Below are positions 32,567 to 40,636 of a stretch of DNA of 64,000 nt, piece by piece. The notes beneath the pieces are model-generated. The model was not told the origin of the DNA. It ran no database searches and saw nothing but the letters and a program-made list of their open reading frames with translations. The position numbers and the translations under genes are program-made. The DNA comes from an uncultured Candidatus Saccharibacteria bacterium (GTDB taxonomy: Bacteria > Patescibacteriota > Minisyncoccia > Minisyncoccales > GWA2-38-27), in NCBI GenBank assembly GCA_964609075.1, contig CAZSQP010000002.1, forward strand, positions 72,235 to 136,234. Direction: 5' to 3'. Position 1 is the first letter of the stretch; the number at the start of each line of letters is the position of its first letter.

Positions 32567-35098
32567 ATGGAAAATCCTTTTTTACAACATATCCAGCAGA
32601 AAGTCGCTCTCTGGCGAGACGGCAATTATAAGGGTGCAGAAAAAGAAACGCTGAATATCTTGACCCACATCAAACGAGTGGGCTTTTTGCATAAACCACA
32701 GGTAGAAGCTCTGGAAACTTATATTTACTTAAAAGAGGTTGTCGGCAACAAGTCGTCTTTGGAAGTGTTTAGGTCGCTTTTTGAAAATAAAAAAGATATG
32801 CTTCTTGGTTTAGGCATTTCTAAAGAACAAGCATTTGATTTAATGGACAACGAAGAAAAGATTGCCGAATTGATGGAAGACCGCTTTGGCGTTTCCGATT
32901 ACCCTAATCAAGTTTACGCTCTCACAATGGGAGCGGGCAAAACGATTTTAATGGCAGTGATGATGTTGTATGATTTTGTCCTTTCGTTTTATCACCCAGA
33001 AGACAAGCGATTTGCTAAAAACGCTTTGGTGTTTGCTCCCGACACGACAATTATTGAGAGCTTGAAAGAAATAAAAACCTTTGATTATACACGGGTAATC
33101 CCGAAAGAATATCAAAACATTCTTTTGAACATTAAATATCATTATCTTGAAGATGTCGCCACGCCTTTGTCGCCAATCGGCAATTACAATGTTATTATTT
33201 CAAACTCCCAGAAAATCATCTTAAAGACCCAGCGAAATCACAATAATACTCAACGATTATTTTCCGATTGGCAGTATATGACAAAGCGAGAGATAGAAAA
33301 CAGGCGTTTGCAAGCCATAAGGCAATTAACAGATTTGGTCGTTTTTGTAGATGAAGCCCATCATTCTTACGGCAAGACGCTGGAAGGCACGCTAAAGAAA
33401 ACCCGCCAGACCATTAACTATATCCATCAAGAGGGCAAGACGCCTGTCGTTGGCGTGATAAATCTTACTGGCACGCCGTATGTAAATAATAAAATGATTG
33501 CTGATGTTGTTTGTCATTTTGGATTAAAACAGGGCATTGAAAAAGGCATTTTGAAGCAGGTAAGATTTTTTGAATATAGCAAAGTGAGAACAGAAAAGTT
33601 TATTGAAGATGTGGTAGATAAGTTCTGGAGTGAATACGGAGAAAATCGGCTTGAAGGACGCTTGCCAAAGATAGCTTTTTACTCTGCCAGCATTGATGAT
33701 TTACAGAAGGATTTGAGACCAAAACTGGAAAAGATTTTAGCCCAGCGAAAAATCGCTCTTGATAAGATTTTAGAATATCACACCGAAGCCGAAGAAAATA
33801 AAGATGAGTTTATTGTCGTAGACACAATTGATAGCAGGAAGCAGTTTATTCTGCTCGTTGGTAAAGGAACAGAGGGTTGGAATTGTCGGTCGCTTGTTGC
33901 CTGTGCTTTATACAGGAGACCGAGAAGTGCTATTTTTGTTTTGCAATCTTCAACTCGTTGTTTGCGGAGCATTGGCGACAATTCAACGCTGGCTTCAATT
34001 TTCCTTTCCGAAGAAAACTATCGCATTTTAGACAAAGAACTTAGAAATAACTTTGCCACTGATATTGAAGAATTGTCAGCCCAAGACCAGAAATCTATTG
34101 AGCACACTCTTAAAATAGAAAAAAAGAAGAAATTAAAAATCAGAAAGACCCTAAAGGAAATCTTGGCGGTTCAAAATCAAGATTTAGATAAAATTAAAAT
34201 TGATTTCAAAACATTCAATCCAGAGAATTATTTATCTTTTATTGCCGAAGGCGGGATATTTTTGGATGAAAGCAAAGAAGCTGGCTATAAAGAAGCGAGA
34301 ATAAAGAAAGAAGTGAGAGAGATGGGCGATTTTACTTTTTACGAGATTATTGAAATTATCAACCGCTATACTCATTTGTCTTGTTTGGCTATTGAGCAGA
34401 TTTTGGAAAACAATGAATTATCAAAAGAAAACATAATCAAAAGAGTGAATAAAAATCCAGCATTTTTATTGTTTATTACGCAGAACATTTTAGCTGGGGC
34501 TTATCAATATCAGGAGAAGACCGAAACCATTGAAGAAGAACTGGAGCTGGCGAAACTATATCCCTTCAAAATCAGCATTGAACAGGGCAGAAATATCCTC
34601 GTGATTTACAAAGAGCAAATGGAGAAGGCATACGGCAAGAGCCGTTTAGGATTTCACATTAACCCTTATAATTTTGATAGCTCTGACGAAAAAGACCTGT
34701 TTAAGTATTTGCGGGATGTGTTGGATAAAGACGAGGCAATTGTTGATGTTTATTTTACAGGGGGAGCAACCGACCCTACCCACAATGATTTCTATTTTGA
34801 GTATTACAGCCCAGAGAATAAACGGATTGCCAGATATTTCCCAGATTTTTTGGTTGAGACGACAAAAGGCAGGTTTTTAGTTGTTGAGGTGAAGTCCAAC
34901 CGAGAAAAAGAGGGCTACGAGAAAAACAAGCAGGAATACAATGGCAAAGTAGAAAACCTTTTTAATGAGGTTTTTGCCAAAGAAATCGGTTTTAAGGAGT
35001 TCCAGCGAGCAAACAAAAATTTTGAGTATCGCATTATCTTTGACGCCTCACTTCAAAAACGCCAGCAGGAATTATTGGAAAGTATAAGAAAAATTTGA
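32567..35098 (+). CDS. res: type III restriction-modification Res subunit (SF2 helicase + PD-(D/E)xK nuclease)
   Basis: Walker A ALTMGAGKTILMA, DEAH box VVFVDEAHHSYG, motif III LTGTP, and C-terminal nuclease PDFLVET...FLVVEVKS. I prefer ATG 32567 (MENPFLQH), 5 nt after the mod stop, to the ORF-track start 32513. Confidence 0.85.
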   Translation: MENPFLQHIQQKVALWRDGNYKGAEKETLNILTHIKRVGFLHKPQVEALETYIYLKEVVGNKSSLEVFRSLFENKKDMLLGLGISKEQAFDLMDNEEKIAELMEDRFGVSDYPNQVYALTMGAGKTILMAVMMLYDFVLSFYHPEDKRFAKNALVFAPDTTIIESLKEIKTFDYTRVIPKEYQNILLNIKYHYLEDVATPLSPIGNYNVIISNSQKIILKTQRNHNNTQRLFSDWQYMTKREIENRRLQAIRQLTDLVVFVDEAHHSYGKTLEGTLKKTRQTINYIHQEGKTPVVGVINLTGTPYVNNKMIADVVCHFGLKQGIEKGILKQVRFFEYSKVRTEKFIEDVVDKFWSEYGENRLEGRLPKIAFYSASIDDLQKDLRPKLEKILAQRKIALDKILEYHTEAEENKDEFIVVDTIDSRKQFILLVGKGTEGWNCRSLVACALYRRPRSAIFVLQSSTRCLRSIGDNSTLASIFLSEENYRILDKELRNNFATDIEELSAQDQKSIEHTLKIEKKKKLKIRKTLKEILAVQNQDLDKIKIDFKTFNPENYLSFIAEGGIFLDESKEAGYKEARIKKEVREMGDFTFYEIIEIINRYTHLSCLAIEQILENNELSKENIIKRVNKNPAFLLFITQNILAGAYQYQEKTETIEEELELAKLYPFKISIEQGRNILVIYKEQMEKAYGKSRLGFHINPYNFDSSDEKDLFKYLRDVLDKDEAIVDVYFTGGATDPTHNDFYFEYYSPENKRIARYFPDFLVETTKGRFLVVEVKSNREKEGYEKNKQEYNGKVENLFNEVFAKEIGFKEFQRANKNFEYRIIFDASLQKRQQELLESIRKI

Positions 35099-35110
35099 TA
35101 TAATTTTATT

Positions 35111-35262
35111 GGAGTAGTGAGAGTTGGTGTTCATCGGCTTTTGCCGATGACAAGATTGTGTAATAAGTCCGCCATCCGCCTTGTGCGGTGAATTTGCCCG
35201 AAAGGGTGAAGGGTGCGGTGAAAAGCAATAGTGGCTCACGGGCATACCAAGAGTGCTACTCC
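35111..35262 (+). ncRNA. 152-nt closed multi-helix RNA-like element in the res 3' UTR (class unknown; RNase P RNA-like helix order)
   Basis: Terminal helix ggagtag (35111-17) / ctactcc (35256-62). Second helix ttggtgt (35124-30) / ataccaa (35244-50). Hairpin tcatcggc-tttt-gccgatga (35131-50). GAAA-loop hairpin at 35196-35207. Possible long-range gtccg (35167-71) / cgggc (35239-43). A terminator follows directly. Confidence 0.5.
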
Positions 35263-35268
35263 AACAAA

Positions 35269-35294
35269 AAGCTCCCGTTTCTGGGAGTTTTTTG
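35269..35294 (+). terminator. rho-independent terminator of the mod-res unit
   Basis: agctccc gtttct gggagtt followed by ttttg. Confidence 0.7.
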
Positions 35295-35439
35295 TTATAA
35301 TAAATAGTGAGTAGCAGGGTAGGGTAAGTTTATGCGTTAGTATGCATTAGCGTATCCTTTCAAATCTGGGATGTAAATATACTCATTTTGTCGCTGGATA
35401 ATGGTTCTAACATTGTCCACGATGGTCAGCAAAAAAGAT

Positions 35440-35474
35440 TAGAAACAAAAAGAGCGGTCCTTTAAGGCCGCTCT
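35440..35474 (-). terminator. rho-independent terminator of the protease gene
   Basis: The minus strand reads agagcggcc ttaaa ggaccgctct followed by ttttgtttct. Confidence 0.7.
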
Positions 35475-36634
35475 TCTAGAATTATGGTTACTTTTTCTGC
35501 TTTTCTTTCCTCTTCTCTTCTCTTTCTCGCTTCCTCTTCTTTGTAGGTTCTGAAGCAGTAGTTCCAGGCGATTATCAAGGCAAGAGCAACAAGCCAAATA
35601 GACGAGACTGCGTTTCCTTTGAGAATCCCCATTTGGGATTTTATTATCGGGTCTCCTATAAATCCGAATACTAGAAAAACGAAAGCTGAGATGATAAAGA
35701 AGGGCAGTGCTTCGTTCTTGTCATGGCTTATGCTGTTGGATATAGTAATTGCTATAAAAACAATCAAGGCAGTAGCAATCAGAGAGATTGTTCTCCCGGA
35801 CTCTATCTTTTGAAAACAAGGGTCAACTTCAGAAAGTGTCCCTTCAAAATCAAGTATGCCGGCTCCGAGCTGTTCTCTGTGGAAAAAACCATCTTTTAGA
35901 GGGGCTGCTTTTTCTTTCATGGTAGCAATTATTTCTTCTGGAGTAAGATCTGATCTCTGTCTTATAAGGTAAGCCAGAAGACCTGTTACTCTTGGAGCCG
36001 AAAAAGAAGTTCCTGCTTTTATCAAATAATGAATCGTTGTCTTTTCTATGGGTCCTTCTCTTTCTTTTTCTCTTTTGAGTATCTCTTTCTTTCCAAAACC
36101 TGAAACTGTAATATCGATATGTTCTCCGTAGTTGGAATAGTCTGTTTTACTGTCCTTAGTGCTTGCTGCTACGGCAATAGTCTCTCTGTATCCTGCTGGA
36201 TATTGTTTTGAAGAGGTATCGTCGTTGCCTGCCGCAGCTACTATTACGACTCCTTCTTGATGAAGGATTTTGATCAGGGCATACTCAAGAGGATCAGGAC
36301 TATAACTTCCAAAACTAATATTAATAAGATACTTCTTCTCAGGGTTAATTTTAATTTCTTTAGCTATCTCAGTCAGTCTTTTAAGGTATTCTTCTCTCTT
36401 AACAGATGATCTTCCAGCAAGAGATATTTTTACTTCGCACTTACCAAAAGAAGCCTTTCTTATTATATCGGAGACCATTTTTCCGTGACTGTCTTTTTCT
36501 TGGCTAAAGCTATCCAAGACATAAACAACTACATCATCTTTTCCCGTCGTTGAATTAAGTTCGCGATTTACCAGAATTGTTGAAACTAAAGCCACCAATA
36601 AGATCAAGAAGGTAATTTTCGTCGGGTGTTTCAT
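35462..36634 (-). CDS. S8 (subtilisin-like) serine peptidase with a C-terminal multi-TM anchor
   Basis: Signal/anchor N-terminus, Asp region VVYVLDSF, His region DSHGKMVSD, AAAGNDD, Ser motif GTSFSAPRVTGLLA, and three C-terminal TM helices. Confidence 0.8.
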   Translation of the reverse strand: MKHPTKITFLILLVALVSTILVNRELNSTTGKDDVVVYVLDSFSQEKDSHGKMVSDIIRKASFGKCEVKISLAGRSSVKREEYLKRLTEIAKEIKINPEKKYLINISFGSYSPDPLEYALIKILHQEGVVIVAAAGNDDTSSKQYPAGYRETIAVAASTKDSKTDYSNYGEHIDITVSGFGKKEILKREKEREGPIEKTTIHYLIKAGTSFSAPRVTGLLAYLIRQRSDLTPEEIIATMKEKAAPLKDGFFHREQLGAGILDFEGTLSEVDPCFQKIESGRTISLIATALIVFIAITISNSISHDKNEALPFFIISAFVFLVFGFIGDPIIKSQMGILKGNAVSSIWLVALALIIAWNYCFRTYKEEEARKRREEERKAEKVTIILEERP

Positions 36635-36767
36635 CCCTTCCTCCTTTTGTTAAAGAACTCTTGGATTAAGTTTAACAATATTTTCTTTTTTGTAAAGTGT
36701 CTTTACAGAGATGCTAATTAATGTTAATTTTATATCACCTAGTTCCTTAAAAAAAGGAGAGAAGAAG

Positions 36768-37721
36768 ATGAAAATCGACCCTCATGTTCATTGTAGAGAC
36801 GGAAAACAGGATTACAAAGAGACGATTGCTCATGTTCTTGATGTAGCAGAGGAGGCGGGTATTGGCATTGTTTTTGACATGCCCAACACAGATCCTCCTA
36901 TTACTAGTTGGGACAGAGTCAGGAGTAGGATCAGTCTAGTTCCCAGAGATAAAAAAGACAGATATTTTCTATACATGGGTCTTACTTCAGATCCAAATCA
37001 GATAAGGCATGCTGCAAAATGTTGTGAAGATTATCCTCAGGTTATAGGTTTAAAACTTTATGCGGGAAAATCAACAGGAAACTTAGCTGTTATAGATGTT
37101 GAGAGTCAACAGTTAGTTTATAGGACTTTAGCTCAAGCAGGGTATGAAGGGGTGTTGGCGGTTCATTGCGAAAAAGAAGAGTATTTAAAGCCCCATCTTT
37201 GGAACCCGAGGCGTCCTATTACACATGATTACGCAAGGCCGATTGAAGCGGAAGTTCATTCTGTAAAAGACCAGATAGCTTTTGCTCTGGAGGCAGGATT
37301 TAAAGGCCATCTTCATGTTTGCCATGTTACCTGTTCAGAGGTAGTCAGAATTATCAAAGAAGTAAGAAGTAATTTAAGAATAAGTTGCGGGGTAACTCCT
37401 CACCATCTTCTTTTTTCTTGCGATGTAAATCAGCAGAATATTCTGTTTGGTAATTTCTTCAAAGTTAATCCTCCTCTCAGAATAGAAGTTCAAAGAGAAC
37501 TTCTGGTACTATCATTAAAAAAAGGTTTGATTGATTGGATAGAAACAGATCATGCTCCTCATTCATTAGGAGAGAAGTTTTCTCTTCCTTATTCTTCAGG
37601 AATTCCTTCTTTGTATTTCTATAGATACCTTGTTGAAGACTTCTTGCCTTCAATAGGAGTTTCTGGGGAGTTGATCGAAAGAATGACTTGCCATAATATT
37701 TCTGCTGTTTTCTGGCCCTAA
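36768..37721 (+). CDS. pyrC: dihydroorotase-like cyclic amidohydrolase
   Basis: KIDPHVHCRDG, HLHVCHVT and ETDHAPH metal-ligand motifs. SD aaggagag precedes ATG 36768 (the ORF-track start is 36711). Confidence 0.7.
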   Translation: MKIDPHVHCRDGKQDYKETIAHVLDVAEEAGIGIVFDMPNTDPPITSWDRVRSRISLVPRDKKDRYFLYMGLTSDPNQIRHAAKCCEDYPQVIGLKLYAGKSTGNLAVIDVESQQLVYRTLAQAGYEGVLAVHCEKEEYLKPHLWNPRRPITHDYARPIEAEVHSVKDQIAFALEAGFKGHLHVCHVTCSEVVRIIKEVRSNLRISCGVTPHHLLFSCDVNQQNILFGNFFKVNPPLRIEVQRELLVLSLKKGLIDWIETDHAPHSLGEKFSLPYSSGIPSLYFYRYLVEDFLPSIGVSGELIERMTCHNISAVFWP

Positions 37722-37787
37722 AAGAGAGAACCCGGGATATTTCTCGGGTTTTTTTATTACTTAATTTTAGGATATAATGTAGGATAT

Positions 37788-38159
37788 ATGGAAAAAGAGA
37801 AATTTGAGAAAATTGTAGAAGAAGCTCTAAAAAGCATTCCTAAAAGATTTTTAAATAAGCTTGATAATGTAGATATAGTTATTCAGGAAAGGCCTACTTC
37901 TTATCAATTAAGGAAAATAAAGAAAGGAAATAATATTCTCCTTTTCGGTCTTTATGAAGGTGTTCCCCAAACCAAAAGAAGGCATTATGGTCAAGTTCTT
38001 CCAGATAAAATTACTATCTTTAAAGAATCTATTAAGAAAGTAGCCAGAACAGAAGAAGAGATAAAAGAAAAAGTAAGAAAGGTGGTCTGGCATGAGATAG
38101 CTCATCATTTTGGAATGTCAGAAGAGAGAGTAAGAAGGGCTGAGAAGAGAAAGTCTTGA
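37788..38159 (+). CDS. small zincin-type metallopeptidase-family protein
   Basis: LDNVDIVIQERP ... GLYEG ... WHEIAHHFGMSEE (HExxH), 123 aa. Confidence 0.7.
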   Translation: MEKEKFEKIVEEALKSIPKRFLNKLDNVDIVIQERPTSYQLRKIKKGNNILLFGLYEGVPQTKRRHYGQVLPDKITIFKESIKKVARTEEEIKEKVRKVVWHEIAHHFGMSEERVRRAEKRKS

Positions 38160-38184
38160 CTTCTTCTTTAAAATAGAGTAAGAT
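38156..38184 (+). promoter_or_regulatory. sigma70-type promoter
   Basis: TTGACT (38156-38161), 17 nt, TAAGAT (38179-38184). Confidence 0.55.
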
Positions 38185-38237
38185 ATTAAATCTGTAACAA
38201 TGATGTTGCAGATTTGTTCTTTAAGAAAGGAGTTTCT

Positions 38238-38408
38238 ATGAGAGAGAAAATTCACTTTTTAATGGGCAAGGGGCTTTTTCCTGTGGAGATCCTTCTCTAT
38301 CTAGACCATGAAGGTCTGGATATAGGAGCTGATCGTCAAATTATAGATCAGCTTCCTCCTCTGGTGAGAGAAAGCCTTTTAATCTCCGCTCTTAAAAAGC
38401 TGAGTTGA
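38238..38408 (+). CDS. hypothetical small protein (56 aa)
   Basis: SD aaaggag lies 6 nt before ATG 38238. A promoter sits upstream and a hairpin downstream. No family. Confidence 0.4.
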   Translation: MREKIHFLMGKGLFPVEILLYLDHEGLDIGADRQIIDQLPPLVRESLLISALKKLS

Positions 38409-38450
38409 ACTTCTTTCAGAGCCCGGGATTTATTCTTGGGCTTTTATTTT

Positions 38451-38478
38451 TTGACAAATTTTCAAAAAAAGTTAAAAT
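38451..38478 (+). promoter_or_regulatory. sigma70-type promoter
   Basis: TTGACA (38451-38456), 16 nt, TAAAAT (38473-38478). Confidence 0.6.
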
Positions 38479-38507
38479 CCTGGTAGAACCTTTTAAAGGA
38501 GAAAATA

Positions 38508-38783
38508 ATGGCAGACCAAGAAACCCTAACTCGGACTGTTTCAGAATTAGAAGCTGATCAATCTGTAGTGATTTGCTTGGTAGACGGTAAAAGAGTAGAT
38601 GGGATTATTGAGAAAAAAAGAAACCCTAATGGATGGGTTCTTTCTGTTAATTTTAGAAGAGGTAATATCTATTTCGATAGAGTTGCTCGAGAATGGAAAT
38701 ATTATGAAGGGAATTGTCTGGCAGTATCTATATCTTCGATCTCTGCTCCTTTTCAGCCTCGTCTCACAATCAAAAAGCCCTAA
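38508..38783 (+). CDS. hypothetical protein (91 aa)
   Basis: SD aaaggag lies upstream of ATG 38508, with its own promoter. No family recognised. Confidence 0.5.
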   Translation: MADQETLTRTVSELEADQSVVICLVDGKRVDGIIEKKRNPNGWVLSVNFRRGNIYFDRVAREWKYYEGNCLAVSISSISAPFQPRLTIKKP

Positions 38784-38787
38784 TTCT

Positions 38788-39360
38788 CTAGGGCTTTTTT
38801 TCTATTCTTCTAACATATTCTCTTTTTTCTGTATTTACTTCTATAATGTCTCCCTGATTTACAAAAAGAGGAACGTTTATCTCAAAGCCTGTTTCCAGAA
38901 TTACGGTTTTGGTACCTCCTTCTGCGGTATTTCCTTTTACTCCCGGAGGAGCTTCTTTTATCTTAAGATGGACTTTTATGGGCAACACGATATTAATAAT
39001 TTCATCTTGGAAGATTATGCCTTGAACCTCTAGTTCCTCTTTAAGAAAATTTACAGAAGAGCCTAGTTTTTCTTTGGTAAAAGAGAATCTTTTTGAGGGA
39101 TCTTCTTTTTTACAAAAAACATATTCTCCTCTATGAGAATATATAAATTGAAGATTTATTTTTGTTATCTCAGCTTCTTTAAAAGAATCTGAAGGATGAA
39201 TTGTTTTAGATACTATTTCTCCTGTCTTAAGATTCTTTAGTTTTGTCTGTAAAACAGAATGACCTCTTCCTTTAAACATAGAAGATGCCTCTATTATTTC
39301 ATAGGGGTCTTTTTCTATAATTATTCTATCTCCTTTTTCTAATTGAGAATAAGATATCAT
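38788..39360 (-). CDS. efp: elongation factor P (Arg at the position of the modified Lys34)
   Basis: Collinear with E. coli EF-P. PYEIIEASSMFKGRGHSVLQTKLKNLKTG aligns without gaps to [29 protein letters not shown]. Confidence 0.92.
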   Translation of the reverse strand: MISYSQLEKGDRIIIEKDPYEIIEASSMFKGRGHSVLQTKLKNLKTGEIVSKTIHPSDSFKEAEITKINLQFIYSHRGEYVFCKKEDPSKRFSFTKEKLGSSVNFLKEELEVQGIIFQDEIINIVLPIKVHLKIKEAPPGVKGNTAEGGTKTVILETGFEINVPLFVNQGDIIEVNTEKREYVRRIEKKP

Positions 39361-40280
39361 TTTAGTACTTTTCCTATAATACCAGAGTTTCCTTTGAGAA
39401 ATTCTTTTGAATCCATAGGTTTTTTTCCTTCTTTTTGAATTCTTTTAACAATTAAAGCGTTTTTTCCGCATTTTACAGCTAAACTGTTATTTAAAAGAAA
39501 AGTCTCTCCCGGTTTTAGTACTTCTTTTTCTATTACTTCAGCTTCTAATATCTTTAACCTTATCCCTTTATCTCCTTTTTCCCAAAAAGTAAAAGTTGAA
39601 GGCCAAGGGCAGAAGGCTCTTATCTTTCTCTCTATTTCTTCTGCTTTATTATTCCAATTAATACGTCCTTCCTCTTTTTTAATGGTTTTTGCGTAGCTTG
39701 ATTTACCTTTCTGTTCTTTAGAGTTTAATTCTCCTTTGATCCATTTGGGAATTGTTTCTATTAAAAGATCAGCTCCCATTTCAGCTAATCTCTTTTTTAA
39801 CAGAAGACAATTTTCTTTTTTCATTGTATATTTTCTTTGAGCTATTATCTTTCCCTGGTCTATTTTCTCTGTCATTAAAAAAATGGTAACCCCTGTTTCT
39901 TTGTCTCCGTTGAGAATAGCTGATTGGATAGGGGAGCAGCCTCTGTATTTTGGAAGAAGGGAAGGATGGATATTCAAGCTTTTGTATTTAGGAAGTTCTA
40001 ATATTTCTTTTGTCATTATTTGAGAACAGTCAGCTGAAATTAAAAGGTCAGGCTTTATCTCTTTTAACTTTAACAATATTTCAGAGTTTTTTTCTGTTTC
40101 AAAAACAGGAATACTTAGTTTTTTAGCTGTTCTTTTGACAGGAGTAGGAGTAAGATTGTTTTTTCTTCCTGCTTTTTTGTCAGGGGAGGTTATAGCTAAA
40201 GAAAGCTTGTATTCTTCTGCAAGTTTTTTTAGTATTATAGATCCAAACTCGGCGTTTCCTATAAAGGCTATATTTGGCAT
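39357..40280 (-). CDS. fmt: methionyl-tRNA formyltransferase
   Basis: IAFIGNAEFG, SLNIHPSLLPKYRGCSPIQ and the C-terminal Fmt domain. It overlaps efp by 4 nt. Confidence 0.9.
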   Translation of the reverse strand: MPNIAFIGNAEFGSIILKKLAEEYKLSLAITSPDKKAGRKNNLTPTPVKRTAKKLSIPVFETEKNSEILLKLKEIKPDLLISADCSQIMTKEILELPKYKSLNIHPSLLPKYRGCSPIQSAILNGDKETGVTIFLMTEKIDQGKIIAQRKYTMKKENCLLLKKRLAEMGADLLIETIPKWIKGELNSKEQKGKSSYAKTIKKEEGRINWNNKAEEIERKIRAFCPWPSTFTFWEKGDKGIRLKILEAEVIEKEVLKPGETFLLNNSLAVKCGKNALIVKRIQKEGKKPMDSKEFLKGNSGIIGKVLK

Positions 40281-40331
40281 TAGGTTTTTTTTGTGTTAGT
40301 CTTATTAAGAGTTCTTTGAAAGGAGAAGAGA

Positions 40332-40568
40332 ATGAATCCCTCAAAATCTATTTTAACAGAGAATTTTTACAGGACTCTCAAGAATATGCTGAAAGATAAT
40401 TACGAATATATTTTTGTAGTATCTTTAATAGCGTCTATAATAACCGTTATCATCTGTTGCTCTAAAGATCTCAATTTTGTTACTTGGGGTTTGATAGCTT
40501 TCTTTCTAACTTTTGTTTTTTCCTGTTTTGTTCTCGCCCTTATCTTAGTCTGGGCTTGGAAGGGATAA
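40332..40568 (+). CDS. small two-TM membrane protein
   Basis: 78 aa with SD aaaggag upstream and two hydrophobic helices. A terminator follows immediately. Confidence 0.5.
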   Translation: MNPSKSILTENFYRTLKNMLKDNYEYIFVVSLIASIITVIICCSKDLNFVTWGLIAFFLTFVFSCFVLALILVWAWKG

Positions 40569-40596
40569 GGTCTTGGTGAAACCGAGACCTTTTTAT
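40569..40596 (+). terminator. rho-independent terminator
   Basis: ggtcttgg tgaaa ccgagacc followed by tttttatt. Confidence 0.8.
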
Positions 40597-40636
40597 TACA
40601 AGATTATATGCTTTACATTAACGAATCAAGCTCTGC

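Larger units (their letters stand above)
22195..35420. mobile_element. integrated mobile element (serine-recombinase type) adjacent to tRNA-Gln; the right boundary is approximate
   Basis: The block carries recombinase, primase-ATPase, excisionase-type HTH, type III R-M and orphan genes. It is visibly richer in G+C than the flanks (25/60 at 26701-26760 vs 18/60 at 61-120). Housekeeping genes lie on both sides. Confidence 0.65.

Noticed and set aside
35111-35140. Mn2+ (yybP-ykoY) riboswitch, suggested by the GGAGUAG start
   Set aside because: In that riboswitch GGGGAGUAG lies in an internal loop and pairs with a UUGACAUA/GCAAGACC context, which is absent here. The element is also 3' of a gene, not in a leader.
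35111-35262. Annotating the 152-nt element as the genuine RNase P RNA gene (rnpB)
   Set aside because: It is less than half the size of known bacterial RNase P RNAs. I could find no P15/L15-like region and no full CR-I (GAGGAAAGUCC) or CR-V block. I keep it as an RNase P-like oddity rather than a gene call.
35385-35407. A displaced tRNA-Gln 3' half at the right end of the element
   Set aside because: Only about 19 of 25 positions match, with gaps, and no T-arm or acceptor sequence follows. I treat it as a possible att-site similarity only, not as a tRNA fragment.
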